Of a stretch of 64,000 nucleotides of DNA, positions 37,792 through 47,804 are shown in pieces. The translations under genes were made by a program, and so were the position numbers. The notes under the pieces were generated by a model. The model was not told the origin of the DNA. It did no database searches and was given only the letters and a program-made list of their open reading frames with translations. Numbering within the stretch: the first letter of the stretch is position 1; every line of letters starts with the position of its first letter. Source of the stretch: Candidatus Omnitrophota bacterium (GTDB lineage Bacteria > Omnitrophota > Omnitrophia > Omnitrophales > Aquincolibacteriaceae); contig JAYTHE010000002.1 in assembly GCA_043732705.1 (NCBI GenBank), positions 191,608-255,607 of the forward strand, in the 5' to 3' direction.

Positions 37792-39837
37792 ATGCCTTCT
37801 TCGCATGAAGAAGATAATTCAGATGTTAATTTAGAGGTCGATGATTTAGGGCCGGTGTGGAAACGTTTTTCCAAGCTTTTAGTGCGTTTCTATCCCATGG
37901 TTTTAATTTATATTACCGCGCTTTCATTGGGAACGGGAGTTTGGGCACAGCTTCAAACGCCTCTTTTCCAAGCCGTTGCCACTATTTTGGTGGATCCCAC
38001 CCTTGTTTCGAATAGCGCAGAAAAGCAAAGTCTTGAAAACCTTGCTTTGCAGGCAACTCTTATCGAGAGCCCCGGAGTCCTGAATCGCGTGATTGACCGT
38101 TATAACTTAAGTTCCATTTATCCTTTCAATAAATCAGATAATGCAATGGCGATGCTGCAGGATCAAATGACAGTCAAGCCGAACAGCAAGAGCAAAACGA
38201 TTGAAATCAGTTTTCTTTTTATTTCCGGAGAAGAAGCGGCAAAAATTGCCAATGCCATTGCCGAAACTTACGTTTATTCCAGTGAGGAAAAGAGTCAAGG
38301 CACGACCCAAGAGTCGCTTGCTTCGCTTCAGCTTAATTTTGCTCAGGAAATGGCAAAGCAAGAAGAAGTTAAAGCTAAGATCGAAGAGTTTAAAAAACAA
38401 TTTCCAGAAATGGAAGATGAGACGAGTGATGCTAAGCAGGTTGAGTATTTTAAGTCAGAGCTGGCGAAGTCAGACGCGCAATTAATCGATCTGCGAACTA
38501 AAATTCTTGAAATCGAACAATACAAAAAAGATAATGGGACGATTTATAATCATCCCTATATTCTCGAAGATACCGTGATTGTGCGTCAAATGGAGCGGCT
38601 TCGGCGTGCGGAAAGTGACCTCGAAGAATTAAAGCGCCAATTCCGCGATATGCATCCCGATGTGATTTCAGCCCAGGCGCGCTTTGACAGTTTAAAAAAA
38701 TCAATGGAACAGGATCAAGAGCATGTTTATGTGCAGTTGAAACTGGAGCTTAAGACCCTTGAATCCACTCGCGAAAGAATGAAGGAGCAGCTTACGCAAC
38801 TTAAAGGGGATTCAAGAAAATTTGATCCGCAGAAAATGAAGCTTAAAAGCTTGTTGTCCGAAGATGAAGCTATCGGAAAAACAATTAAATTAATTCAAGA
38901 CCGGATGTCGGTGGCTTCAGTCGAGGGCGGATTGAAACGGCCCGGCGTTGAAATCCTGAACCGTGCGAAAGCTCCGGAAACTTCCTACTGGCCCAATAAG
39001 CCTAAATTAATTGGCGGCGCGGTTATTTTGGGATTGGTTTCAAGTCTCGGGCTTTTTTTTCTTTATTGCTATTTTGACCGCTCAATTCGAACTTACGAAG
39101 ATGTTGAGCTTGTCACCGGAAAGCTTTTCTTGGGAGATTTGCATTTTGCAAAAGTAAAAAAAGGTTTGCTTTACCCTGAGTTTCCAAATGATAAGTCGTT
39201 TATTTTGTTTACGCACGGTCTGCGGCTGATCGCGACGAATATTGAATTTGTGTTGTCCGACCGGCATCAGAAATGTGTTCTTTTTACAAGCGCCATTCCG
39301 GGCGAAGGAAAGAGTTTTGTTTCTTTTCATATCGCGCAGTCCATGGCACGCCAAGGGAAAAAAGTCATTTTGATCGATGCCGATTTTTGCCAATCGTCCC
39401 TGAGAGATAAAATTCCAAGAACGGAATGTGAAACTTATTTACAAGAGTATTTGTCGGGAAGCGCCGAGATCGGCGACATTATCGAGGGCACAGATAATGA
39501 GCTTATTCACTTTATCCGTTCAGGCAGCCGGTCTTCGTTTAGCGCGCCGCATGCCTTAAAGTCAAATCGCATGAAAGATTTAATAACTGTGCTAAAAGAA
39601 AATTACGATTACATTTTAATTGATACGCCGCCGGTTTTGCCGGTCAATGATACTTTAGCGTTAAGCACATTGGTAGACATGCGAGTGATTGTTGTGCGTT
39701 GGGGTTCGACGCATCGTGATTTAGTTCGGAAAGCAGTAGCGAAAATTTCTCCGGGACAACTCATTCTCGGAGGAATTGTTTTGAATCAAGTCAAAGAGAC
39801 GAATGAAAAAGGCTACCATATATATCGGCCCAACTAA
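37792..39837 (+). CDS. Polysaccharide co-polymerase / BY-kinase (Wzc/GumC-like)
   Basis: An N-terminal Wzz-like TM domain and a long coiled coil, then a C-terminal P-loop ATPase (Walker A' FTSAIPGEGKSFVS, Walker B ILIDTPPVLPVNDT) typical of CpsD/Wzc tyrosine kinases. Confidence 0.8.
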   Translation: MPSSHEEDNSDVNLEVDDLGPVWKRFSKLLVRFYPMVLIYITALSLGTGVWAQLQTPLFQAVATILVDPTLVSNSAEKQSLENLALQATLIESPGVLNRVIDRYNLSSIYPFNKSDNAMAMLQDQMTVKPNSKSKTIEISFLFISGEEAAKIANAIAETYVYSSEEKSQGTTQESLASLQLNFAQEMAKQEEVKAKIEEFKKQFPEMEDETSDAKQVEYFKSELAKSDAQLIDLRTKILEIEQYKKDNGTIYNHPYILEDTVIVRQMERLRRAESDLEELKRQFRDMHPDVISAQARFDSLKKSMEQDQEHVYVQLKLELKTLESTRERMKEQLTQLKGDSRKFDPQKMKLKSLLSEDEAIGKTIKLIQDRMSVASVEGGLKRPGVEILNRAKAPETSYWPNKPKLIGGAVILGLVSSLGLFFLYCYFDRSIRTYEDVELVTGKLFLGDLHFAKVKKGLLYPEFPNDKSFILFTHGLRLIATNIEFVLSDRHQKCVLFTSAIPGEGKSFVSFHIAQSMARQGKKVILIDADFCQSSLRDKIPRTECETYLQEYLSGSAEIGDIIEGTDNELIHFIRSGSRSSFSAPHALKSNRMKDLITVLKENYDYILIDTPPVLPVNDTLALSTLVDMRVIVVRWGSTHRDLVRKAVAKISPGQLILGGIVLNQVKETNEKGYHIYRPN

Positions 39838-39989
39838 GGAAGTGATCAGAAATCAGCTTTCAGCGAACCGGTAGTTACGATATGGAGCCTTATAATTTTT
39901 CTGACTTCTGAGAACTGATCACTGACTACTGTAAGCGAGGTTTTTATGAAAAATGCGGTTGAACTTCGCTTAGAGCGAAAGACATCACA

Positions 39990-41324
39990 ATGAACGGAAT
40001 CTCTAGGCGAAGCCTGTTTCTTTTAATTTTAGATTGTATCGCGATGCTGCTTGCGTTTCAGTTGACGGCTTATTGGCTTTATCACCGCGAATTCGGAGTT
40101 TGCGTCAAGCCCGAGATGATGGCGGTGAGTTTTTTTACTTATCCGCTTTTTTTCTATATTTTTGACTTGTATTTTCCATTTAAGTATTACCGCCCCGCTA
40201 AATCGATTATTGATATTGCGTTGGCCAGTGCTTGCGCGGTTGTCGTGGTTTCGACGCTGTGTGCCTTTAACCGCAGCCTCGCGATGCCGCGTCTTTTTTT
40301 TATTGCCGTTAATTTGGTTTTTGTTCCGGGCGTACTTATTGTACGGTTGGTATACGACGTTCTTTTTCAGGCGCGAATGGTCGATAAAAAAACACTTATC
40401 ATCGGTACGGGGGCTTTGGCTCAAACGATTACGCAGGTGATTCATAAGACCCCGCATTCAGGCATTGAGTTGGTTGGTTTGGTTTCGGAGCAAGGCACGG
40501 CAGTTCAGCCCGGCTCGCCGATTCCTGTTGTAGGAAACATTTCACAGCTTCTTAGCTTGATTGATTGGTATCACGTTCAGCTTGTTGTTTTGGCGATTGA
40601 CGCGAAAAGTAAAAGCTCCGAGCCGGAACTGATGCTGGCTTTGATGCGTCAAAAGGTGCAAGTAACAAGCGCAATCCACTTATTTGAAAAGCTGGACGAA
40701 GCGATTCCTTATGATGGAGTGAACGAGCATTTTATTCTTGCGCTTATGTCGGAAGTGCGCAGTCTGCGTTATTTGCATGTGAAACGCATTTTTGATATCG
40801 GAATTGTGAGTGCATTGCTCCTGTTATTTTCTCCCGTGATGCTTTTGGCATATCTTTTTCTTTTTTTTCAGGGACCTAAGACAGTTTTCTTTTTGCAAGA
40901 CAGGATTGGAATCAATGGAAAAATTTTTAAGATGATTAAGTTTCGCACCATGACGCGCCCGGATTCCGCGGGGCGTCAGCGCGTGACAGGCGTCGGGAAA
41001 TGGCTGAGAAAATTTCGTGTCGATGAAACGCCCCAGCTTCTGAATATTTTGAAAGGGGATATGAGCTTGATCGGCCCGCGGCCTGAAATTAGCTATTTTG
41101 TGGAAAAATGCCACAAAATTATACCTTATTATGACGCTGTTTTTTCAGTGCGCCCGGGAATTACGGGCTGGGCCCAAGTTAAGTTTTTGCATACCACGGA
41201 AATGAAAGATTACCCCCGTAAATTTTGTTACAACCTTTTTTATCTGAAAAATCTTTCGTTCTCGCTTGATTTTCTGATTGTGCTTAAAACGATTCGCGTT
41301 GTTTTGCTGGGAAAGGGAAAGTAG
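39990..41324 (+). CDS. Undecaprenyl-phosphate sugar phosphotransferase (WbaP/EpsL bacterial sugar transferase)
   Basis: KRIFDIGIVSALLLLFSPVML ... GPKTVFFLQDRIGINGKIFKMIKFRTM ... DMSLIGPRPE is the Bac_transf signature. Confidence 0.85.
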   Translation: MNGISRRSLFLLILDCIAMLLAFQLTAYWLYHREFGVCVKPEMMAVSFFTYPLFFYIFDLYFPFKYYRPAKSIIDIALASACAVVVVSTLCAFNRSLAMPRLFFIAVNLVFVPGVLIVRLVYDVLFQARMVDKKTLIIGTGALAQTITQVIHKTPHSGIELVGLVSEQGTAVQPGSPIPVVGNISQLLSLIDWYHVQLVVLAIDAKSKSSEPELMLALMRQKVQVTSAIHLFEKLDEAIPYDGVNEHFILALMSEVRSLRYLHVKRIFDIGIVSALLLLFSPVMLLAYLFLFFQGPKTVFFLQDRIGINGKIFKMIKFRTMTRPDSAGRQRVTGVGKWLRKFRVDETPQLLNILKGDMSLIGPRPEISYFVEKCHKIIPYYDAVFSVRPGITGWAQVKFLHTTEMKDYPRKFCYNLFYLKNLSFSLDFLIVLKTIRVVLLGKGK

Positions 41325-41363
41325 GAGAAGCTCACAGCTCACGGCAAATAGCCTATAGCTTTC

Positions 41364-41448
41364 AGAAAAAAACGAAGAAATTGCTTTTGTTGGATCTGAG
41401 CTATCTGCTTTAGGCTATAGGCTCGTAAGCTTTGCGTGCCTGAACCTG
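41364..41448. terminator. Inverted repeat between convergent genes (possible bidirectional terminator)
   Basis: AGCCTATAGC ... GCTATAGGCT arms about 65 bp apart, between the 3' ends of the sugar transferase (+) and the ApaH-like gene (-). Confidence 0.3.
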
Positions 41449-42084
41449 CACAATTTCCCGCCCGGGAAGAATAAGCGCCGATAATTTTTTTCCATAAACG
41501 CAGCCGCTGTCGAGACCGATCGTATTTTCTTTTACGCATAACCCCTCACGCGCCCAATGGCCGTATACGACAAGCTTTTTGCCCGTATAAGTGGCATGCC
41601 AGGGATTGCCGTCTTCTAAATTTCTTAAGTGGCAAAGGTCTTCTTTGGATTGTTTCTCTAAAGGAATGTGCGGGCGTAATCCGGCATGGACAATGACAGC
41701 TTCCGGTAAATCTAAATAAAAAGGCCAGGTGCTAATCCACTCCATGTATTTATTAAAATCCGGGCCAAGTTCCGTGACCACATGCTTTTGATAGTCTTTT
41801 GTCAATGTCTCCAAATTATTTTTTTTCCAGGCGCGTAAAAACTGCAATTCATGATTGCCTGTAACGACTTGAAAACGGGGAAGTTTCCGCGCGAAATCCA
41901 ATGTAGCGCGCGAGGCTGGGCCTTTGCCGATAATATCGCCCACTGAAACAAGCAGGTCTTGTTTAGTAGGCTTGATTTTTTCAATTAATTCACGCCATTC
42001 TTCAAGGCAGCCGTGAATGTCGCCGAAAATGATGGTTTTATTCATGGAAAGCATTCTAAAATACAGTTGTCTAACTTTCATCAA
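41410..42084 (-). CDS. Metallophosphoesterase, ApaH/PrpE-like (diadenosine tetraphosphatase family)
   Basis: IIFGDIHGC ... VSVGDIIGKGP ... VTGNHE ... are calcineurin-like phosphoesterase motifs I-III in ApaH order. Confidence 0.75.
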   Translation of the reverse strand: MMKVRQLYFRMLSMNKTIIFGDIHGCLEEWRELIEKIKPTKQDLLVSVGDIIGKGPASRATLDFARKLPRFQVVTGNHELQFLRAWKKNNLETLTKDYQKHVVTELGPDFNKYMEWISTWPFYLDLPEAVIVHAGLRPHIPLEKQSKEDLCHLRNLEDGNPWHATYTGKKLVVYGHWAREGLCVKENTIGLDSGCVYGKKLSALILPGREIVQVQARKAYEPIA

Positions 42085-42190
42085 CTTTAAATGAGCACAC
42101 AGCTTGCGGAACGAAGTGACGAAAAGTTGTACGTGCGCCTGCCTGCCGGCAGGCAGGAATTTATTTCGGGAAATAAAAGCATTTAATAAT

Positions 42191-43567
42191 ATGTCCGAAC
42201 TTCAGAACTCTAAAATTTTCTTCTCCCAAATTGCCCCCATGGAGATGATTTTATTTATCGGGCCGTTTGTTTTGCTTTTGGCCGCGCTTGCTTTTTCCCC
42301 GCTTTTTTTGAACCATTTTTGGGAAAGTCATAAAAACAAAGCCCTTGTGGCTTTGATGCTGGGATTACCGTCCGCGCTTTTTTTTCTTTTTAAGGATTGG
42401 CATATTCTCGCGCATACCGCTCTTGATTATGCGGCATTTGTCAGTCTTTTGGCGGCGCTTTTTGTTATTTCTGGCGGTATTTATATTCGCGGAGCATTCG
42501 CGGGGCTTCCATGGGTCAATGGACTTTTCTTGTTGATCGGAGCATTGCTTGCGAATTTTATTGGGACGACTGGTGCCAGCATGTTATTGATTCGTCCGCT
42601 TCTTCGCGCGAATCATCTCCGTCAGCATAAAGCGCATATCGTTGTTTTTTTTATTTTCATTGTTTCAAATTGCTCGGGACTTTTAACTCCGCTCGGAGAT
42701 CCGCCGCTTTTTCTGGGTTTTTTGAAAGGTATTAGTTTTGGCTGGACGCTGCGGCTTTGGCCTGAATGGTTGTTTGTGAACACCTCGCTGGGAGTTTTCT
42801 TTTTTGCGATTGATACTTTTTGGTTTAATCAGGAGCACCAGAATACGCAGGAAATTCTGCGCAAAAATGACGGTTATTTGTCGGAGCGTTTTGGAATTCA
42901 GGGGAAACGTAATTTTGTGTTACTCGTATTTGTGATTTCGCTTATTCTCATCAGCGGCTATTGGATTTACCCCATGCAAGGCACGCCAATTTTCGGAGAA
43001 TCATTTGGCGGCGTCTTGTCAAAAGTGTTTCAAATTTTCAGCATGCTTTTATTGGCGTGTTTGTCCTTTTTTATGACTCCTCAGTCTATCCACAAAAAAA
43101 ATCATTTTGGATTCGGTCCGGTCATTGAAGTTGCCGTTCTATTCGCCGGAATTTTTTTGGCCATGATTCCGGCTTTATTGATCCTTGAAACGCAGGGCGT
43201 GAAATTGCATTTAGGGGAATCTTGGCAATTGTTTTGGTCAAGTGGCTTGCTTTCGGGTTTTTTAGATAATGCGCCGACATATCTCACCTTTACCAGCCTG
43301 GCGAAGGGGCTGTTGGGGCTAACCGGAGAAGGCCTTGCGGGACTTATGCATCATCCGGAAGGCGTGAAATTTTTGAAAGCGATTTCATGCGGTTCAGTCA
43401 TGATGGGCGCGCTGACTTATATTGGAAACGGCCCCAATTTTATGGTTAAAGCTGTGGCGGAGCAGGCGAAAGTTAAAATGCCCGGGTTCTTTGGCTTTAT
43501 GCTTTGGTCTTTTTTGATATTGATTCCGATTTTTAGCATTTTGACATGGCTTTTCTTTCGCAACTGA
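42191..43567 (+). CDS. Ion transporter of the ArsB/NhaD permease superfamily (putative Na+/H+ antiporter)
   Basis: About twelve TM helices with an internal two-fold repeat. Start set at ATG 42191 (MSELQNS). The tracked ORF begins at 42104. Confidence 0.5.
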   Translation: MSELQNSKIFFSQIAPMEMILFIGPFVLLLAALAFSPLFLNHFWESHKNKALVALMLGLPSALFFLFKDWHILAHTALDYAAFVSLLAALFVISGGIYIRGAFAGLPWVNGLFLLIGALLANFIGTTGASMLLIRPLLRANHLRQHKAHIVVFFIFIVSNCSGLLTPLGDPPLFLGFLKGISFGWTLRLWPEWLFVNTSLGVFFFAIDTFWFNQEHQNTQEILRKNDGYLSERFGIQGKRNFVLLVFVISLILISGYWIYPMQGTPIFGESFGGVLSKVFQIFSMLLLACLSFFMTPQSIHKKNHFGFGPVIEVAVLFAGIFLAMIPALLILETQGVKLHLGESWQLFWSSGLLSGFLDNAPTYLTFTSLAKGLLGLTGEGLAGLMHHPEGVKFLKAISCGSVMMGALTYIGNGPNFMVKAVAEQAKVKMPGFFGFMLWSFLILIPIFSILTWLFFRN

Positions 43568-43646
43568 CAATCGGGCTGTTTTTTAATGAATTGTCAGTAA
43601 AGCCTTTTTTCGAATACAATGTCGCCTGACAAAAAAGAGGAGGGTT

Positions 43647-44318
43647 ATGAAACGTTATTTTCTTTCAATTGGTTTTATTTTTATTTTATCAGCCTGTGCG
43701 TCGTCCAATGCTTCCCAAAGCGCCGCTCCGGCAAACCCGGTTTGCCCGGCTTGCCAGGAAAAAGCACAAGCATCGGCCGTATCCGTGAAAGCAGCGCCCG
43801 TGGCCGCGCCGGCGGCAGTTCCCATTTCTCCAACTCCAACTCCGAAAGATGAGGGTATCGTGAAAGTTAATATTGAAACAACACTTGGTTTAATTGAAGT
43901 TAAATTATTTGCGGCTGAAGCTCCGAAAACCGTTGATAACTTTGTGAAACTTGCCAACAAAGGTTTTTATGACGGCATTATTTTTCACCGTGTGATTCCT
44001 GATTTTATGATTCAAACCGGCGATCCCACCGGTACTGGTATGGGTGGCCCAGGTTATCAATTTGCGGATGAATTTACGGCTAAGCAAAAACACAGCAAGC
44101 CGGGTATTCTATCGATGGCGAACTCAGGCCCGAATACAAACGGAAGCCAGTTTTTCATTACTGTTGCTCCGACACCCTGGCTTGACGGTAAGCACGCAGT
44201 TTTTGGTGAAGTCACGGGAGGAATGGATATCGCCACTAAGATCTCAATGGTCAACCGTGATCGCAACGATAAGCCCATCAAAGAAATTAAGATGATCAAG
44301 GTGACCGTTCTCAAATAA
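43647..44318 (+). CDS. ppiB: Cyclophilin-type peptidyl-prolyl cis-trans isomerase, lipoprotein
   Basis: Lipobox (ILSACAS), an Ala/Pro-rich linker, then [25 protein letters not shown] ... [17 protein letters not shown]. Confidence 0.85.
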   Translation: MKRYFLSIGFIFILSACASSNASQSAAPANPVCPACQEKAQASAVSVKAAPVAAPAAVPISPTPTPKDEGIVKVNIETTLGLIEVKLFAAEAPKTVDNFVKLANKGFYDGIIFHRVIPDFMIQTGDPTGTGMGGPGYQFADEFTAKQKHSKPGILSMANSGPNTNGSQFFITVAPTPWLDGKHAVFGEVTGGMDIATKISMVNRDRNDKPIKEIKMIKVTVLK

Positions 44319-44330
44319 GTTTTAATTTAA

Positions 44331-44360
44331 AACAGTGAACGGTCATCCCCGCGCAGGCGG
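44331..44360. repeat. Intergenic hairpin repeat, copy 2
   Basis: GGTCATCCCCGCGCAGGCGGGGATCCAGGA. Confidence 0.8.
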
Positions 44361-44383
44361 GGATCCAGGACGGTAAATGCAGA

Positions 44384-44815
44384 ATGCCTTTTAAGAAAAA
44401 AGACAACCGCCGCAAGCATAGCCGGGTTTCTCTTTGTCGTTTGGTGAAAATTCGTTTTTCAAAAGCGGCGGCGCCCGCCGAGCTGACCAATGTTTATGAT
44501 GTTTCCGAGGCGGGCATGCGGTTTCATGTCACTGATCTTTCGGACACCGGTTTCCAACTCAGCGCCCCCGATCTTGAAAGGGGGCGTTCCGCTTTTCAGG
44601 CATTGTCCGGAATTAAAAAAGGGGACACTCTTTTTTTTCGCTTGAATTTGGATCCGCAGCACGCGGAAATTTCAGTTCTTGGCCGAATGGCTTGGGTCAC
44701 GCGTGAAACGACAAAATCTGGCCAGATTCGAATGCGGGCCGGCATGGAATTTCTTGACGTCGCCGAGGCCGACTTGAAGTTGATCCAGGTTTATGTTTCC
44801 GCATTTCACTCTTGA
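44384..44815 (+). CDS. PilZ-domain protein (c-di-GMP-binding type)
   Basis: RRKHSRVSL (RxxxR) and DVSEAGMRF (D/NxSxxG) motifs. Confidence 0.6.
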   Translation: MPFKKKDNRRKHSRVSLCRLVKIRFSKAAAPAELTNVYDVSEAGMRFHVTDLSDTGFQLSAPDLERGRSAFQALSGIKKGDTLFFRLNLDPQHAEISVLGRMAWVTRETTKSGQIRMRAGMEFLDVAEADLKLIQVYVSAFHS

Positions 44816-44898
44816 GTGCCGCTGAATAATCTGTGACTGCAAGAAGGGTCGTCCGTTTAACTGCAAATTTTTTTCCAATAATTAAAAAGGGAGATTGT

Positions 44899-46224
44899 AT
44901 GATTTCGAAGAAATGGAAAGCCGGGCTTTTTTTTGCTTTTGGCTTGCTGGTTTCTCATTTGGCTTTCGCGGATGAAGTGAAAATTGATACGGGTGTGACC
45001 GCGTGGATGCTGACATCCACCGCGCTGGTGCTTTTAATGGTGCCGGGATTGGCGCTTTTTTATGGCGGACTTGTCCGTACAAAAAACGTGCTCGGAACGA
45101 TGATGCACAGTTTTGTGGCGATGTCGATTGTCGGCGTGCTATGGGTAACTTGCGGATACGCGCTGGCATTTGGTCCGAATGTTTTAGGCGGATGGATCGG
45201 CTGGAATCCCAATTTGCTTTTTTTAAAGGGCATTGAAAATTCAATTTTATCTTCGGGCGTGCCCGAATATGTTTTCGCGATGTTTCAAGGGAAGTTTGCG
45301 ATTATCACGCCGGCCCTGATTGCCGGCGCTTTCGCGGAACGCGTTAAATTTAAAGGCTATTGTATTTATATTTCGCTTTGGCTTTTACTCGTTTATTGCC
45401 CGATTTGTCATTGGGTTTGGGCATCGGACGGTTATCTTTTTAATTTGGGAGCGAAGGGCGCAATTGATTATGCTGGTGGAACCGTGGTTCATATCACCGC
45501 CGGTGTTTCCGCGCTTACGGCCGCGCTTTATCTGGGAAAACGCAAAGGCTATCCTCTTACCGCGATGCATCCCAATAATTTAGTCATGACGCTTCTAGGC
45601 GCGGGACTTTTGTGGGTTGGTTGGTTTGGTTTCAACGCGGGAAGTTCGGTGGCCAGCAATTTGGATACGGCACGCGCATTGACGGTCACTCAGGCTGCTG
45701 CAGCGGCTGGTGCCTTATCATGGATTTTAATTGAAGCCTGCAAACACGGTAAAGCCACAAGTTTGGGTTTTTCGAGCGGTATTTTAGCCGGGTTGGTTGC
45801 CATCACGCCTGCCGCCGGTGTTGTGACACCTCTAGGCGCAATGATCCTCGGTTTCCTGGCCTCGATTGTTTGCTATGTCGCGATTAACATTAAAGCCAAG
45901 ATGGGCTATGACGACAGCTTGGATGTTTTTGGTGTGCATGGAACAGCCGGTATTTTCGGCGCGCTCGGCCTTTCATTTTTGCTGCGTTCCGCTTGGATGG
46001 CAGATGCCGTGAAAGCGAAGGCGGGTTGGAATGTGATGAGTCAGTTTATGGTTCAACTTCAAGCTGTCGGCATGACTGTGGCTTATACCGCGGTGGTTTC
46101 ATTTATTTTGGTGGTGTTTGTCGATAAGGTTTTTGGCTTTCGTGCTGACCGCCGCGAAGAAATGGCAGGGCTTGATGAAACCATGCATGGCGAACAAGGC
46201 TATGGCCTTATCAACTTAAATTAA
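44899..46224 (+). CDS. amt: Ammonium transporter (Amt/MEP family)
   Basis: Signal peptide, eleven TM helices, and a conserved DYAGGTVVHITAG region. ATG 44899 follows AAAGGGAG. Confidence 0.85.
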   Translation: MISKKWKAGLFFAFGLLVSHLAFADEVKIDTGVTAWMLTSTALVLLMVPGLALFYGGLVRTKNVLGTMMHSFVAMSIVGVLWVTCGYALAFGPNVLGGWIGWNPNLLFLKGIENSILSSGVPEYVFAMFQGKFAIITPALIAGAFAERVKFKGYCIYISLWLLLVYCPICHWVWASDGYLFNLGAKGAIDYAGGTVVHITAGVSALTAALYLGKRKGYPLTAMHPNNLVMTLLGAGLLWVGWFGFNAGSSVASNLDTARALTVTQAAAAAGALSWILIEACKHGKATSLGFSSGILAGLVAITPAAGVVTPLGAMILGFLASIVCYVAINIKAKMGYDDSLDVFGVHGTAGIFGALGLSFLLRSAWMADAVKAKAGWNVMSQFMVQLQAVGMTVAYTAVVSFILVVFVDKVFGFRADRREEMAGLDETMHGEQGYGLINLN

Positions 46225-46237
46225 TCGGGAGGAAAAA

Positions 46238-46579
46238 ATGAAACTTATTACAGCTATTATTCAGCCCGATAAATTGGATGAAGTTCGCGAAGCCTTGCAT
46301 GCCGCGGAAATTACGCGCGTGACGGTGAGCCGCTGCACAGGTCGCGGGCATCAAGCTGGCGAAGAAATTTACCGCGGACAATCCGTGATCCCGACTTTGA
46401 TTCCTAAAGTGCGAATTGATATTGCCTGCAACGAAGAATATGTTGATATCGCGATTAACGCAATTTTGAAATCGGCGCGGCATGGTGACGGCAAAATCGG
46501 CGACGGCAAAATTTTTGTAACTGCGCTTGAGCGCTGCATACGCATTCGCACGGGAGAATCCGGAGGGATTGCAATTTGA
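46238..46579 (+). CDS. glnK: Nitrogen regulatory protein P-II
   Basis: MKLITAIIQPDKLDEVREAL ... T-loop RGHQAGEEIYRGQ ... GDGKIGDGKIFV ... IRIRTGE. Linked to amt, so probably GlnK. Confidence 0.9.
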   Translation: MKLITAIIQPDKLDEVREALHAAEITRVTVSRCTGRGHQAGEEIYRGQSVIPTLIPKVRIDIACNEEYVDIAINAILKSARHGDGKIGDGKIFVTALERCIRIRTGESGGIAI

Positions 46580-46600
46580 CACACTGAAAATATATTAGGT

Positions 46601-46632
46601 GTGTCATCCCCGCGAAGGCGGGGATCCAGAAG
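46601..46632. repeat. Intergenic hairpin repeat, copy 3
   Basis: GTGTCATCCCCGCGAAGGCGGGGATCCAGAAG. Confidence 0.8.
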
Positions 46633-46688
46633 TTTAATGATTGTTAAATAAAAAGTCGGGATGGTTGACTTTTTAGCGGAGAAATTTC

Positions 46689-47720
46689 ATGAGTTCGAAA
46701 AAAATATTGGTAACAGGCGGAGCGGGGTATATCGGTTCGCATACCGTGGTTGAACTCGTTCGCGCAGGTTACGATCCCGTAATTTTAGACAACTTCTCAA
46801 ACTCTGAGAAATTTGTTCTCGCAAGGATTCGCAAGATTACGGGTCGGAATATACCGGTTTATACCGGAGATTGCGTGATTGCCGCAGATGTGGCGAAGGT
46901 TTTCAAGAAAGAAGGCCGTTTTCACGGCGTCATTCATTTTGCGGCGCTGAAGGCCGTAGAAGAATCTGTGGCGCAGCCACTTCGCTATTACCGCAATAAC
47001 CTTGGCGGTATGCTGACAATGCTCGAATCGCTTGAGAAGTATCATGTCCCGCATTTCGTGTTTTCTTCCTCCTGCACGGTTTATGGAAAGCCCGACAAGC
47101 TTCCTGTGGGCGAGAAAGCCCCGCTCAAAAAATCCGAGTCGCCTTACGGAGAAACAAAGAAGATCGCGGAGCGAATGCTTGAAACATATGTTTGCGGTAA
47201 TGTTCCTGTGAAAGCTGTTTCACTGCGTTATTTTAACCCTATCGGTGCGCATCCTTCTGCGCTTATTGGAGAACTTCCTCTCGGAACACCGAAAAACCTT
47301 GTTCCTTTTGTGACGCAAACCGCCGCGGGCATGCGTAAAAAATTAAAAGTATTTGGAGATGATTATCCGACGCCGGATGGAACCTGTATTCGCGACTATA
47401 TCCATGTGATGGACCTTGCCGCGGCGCATGTCAAGGCGTTGACGTATCTTGAGAAGAAGCGTGAGCGCACATTTTACGATGTTTTTAATATCGGAACGGG
47501 CCGCGGAAATAGTGTGCTTGAAATTATCAAGACATTTCAGAAAGTGACCGGTGTTAAAGTTCCCTATGAAATTGCGCCCCGCCGCGACGGCGATATTGAT
47601 AAAATTTATGCCGCTGCTGGTAAAGCGAAGAAGGAATTGGGTTGGAGTGCTAAGCTATCGCTCGAAGATTCTCTGCGGAGTAGTTGGGAATGGCAAAAGA
47701 GTATTTCAAAGGGACAGTAG
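46689..47720 (+). CDS. galE: UDP-glucose 4-epimerase
   Basis: ILVTGGAGYIGSHTVVEL Rossmann motif, SSSCTVYG ... YGETK catalytic region, and a 343-aa length. Confidence 0.85.
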   Translation: MSSKKILVTGGAGYIGSHTVVELVRAGYDPVILDNFSNSEKFVLARIRKITGRNIPVYTGDCVIAADVAKVFKKEGRFHGVIHFAALKAVEESVAQPLRYYRNNLGGMLTMLESLEKYHVPHFVFSSSCTVYGKPDKLPVGEKAPLKKSESPYGETKKIAERMLETYVCGNVPVKAVSLRYFNPIGAHPSALIGELPLGTPKNLVPFVTQTAAGMRKKLKVFGDDYPTPDGTCIRDYIHVMDLAAAHVKALTYLEKKRERTFYDVFNIGTGRGNSVLEIIKTFQKVTGVKVPYEIAPRRDGDIDKIYAAAGKAKKELGWSAKLSLEDSLRSSWEWQKSISKGQ

Positions 47721-47804
47721 TTCGCCGCGCTTTTTTAGTTAAGACTTATTTTCTTTACCTGATTTTTACATGAATAGAATCTGTCTTCGGTTAGTCTCAC
47801 CTGT

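Noticed and set aside
46490-46515. Apparent 15-bp tandem duplication GDGKI-GDGKI in the P-II protein
   Set aside because: The canonical GlnB/GlnK sequence already reads GKIGDGKIFV. This is the normal motif, not an insertion.
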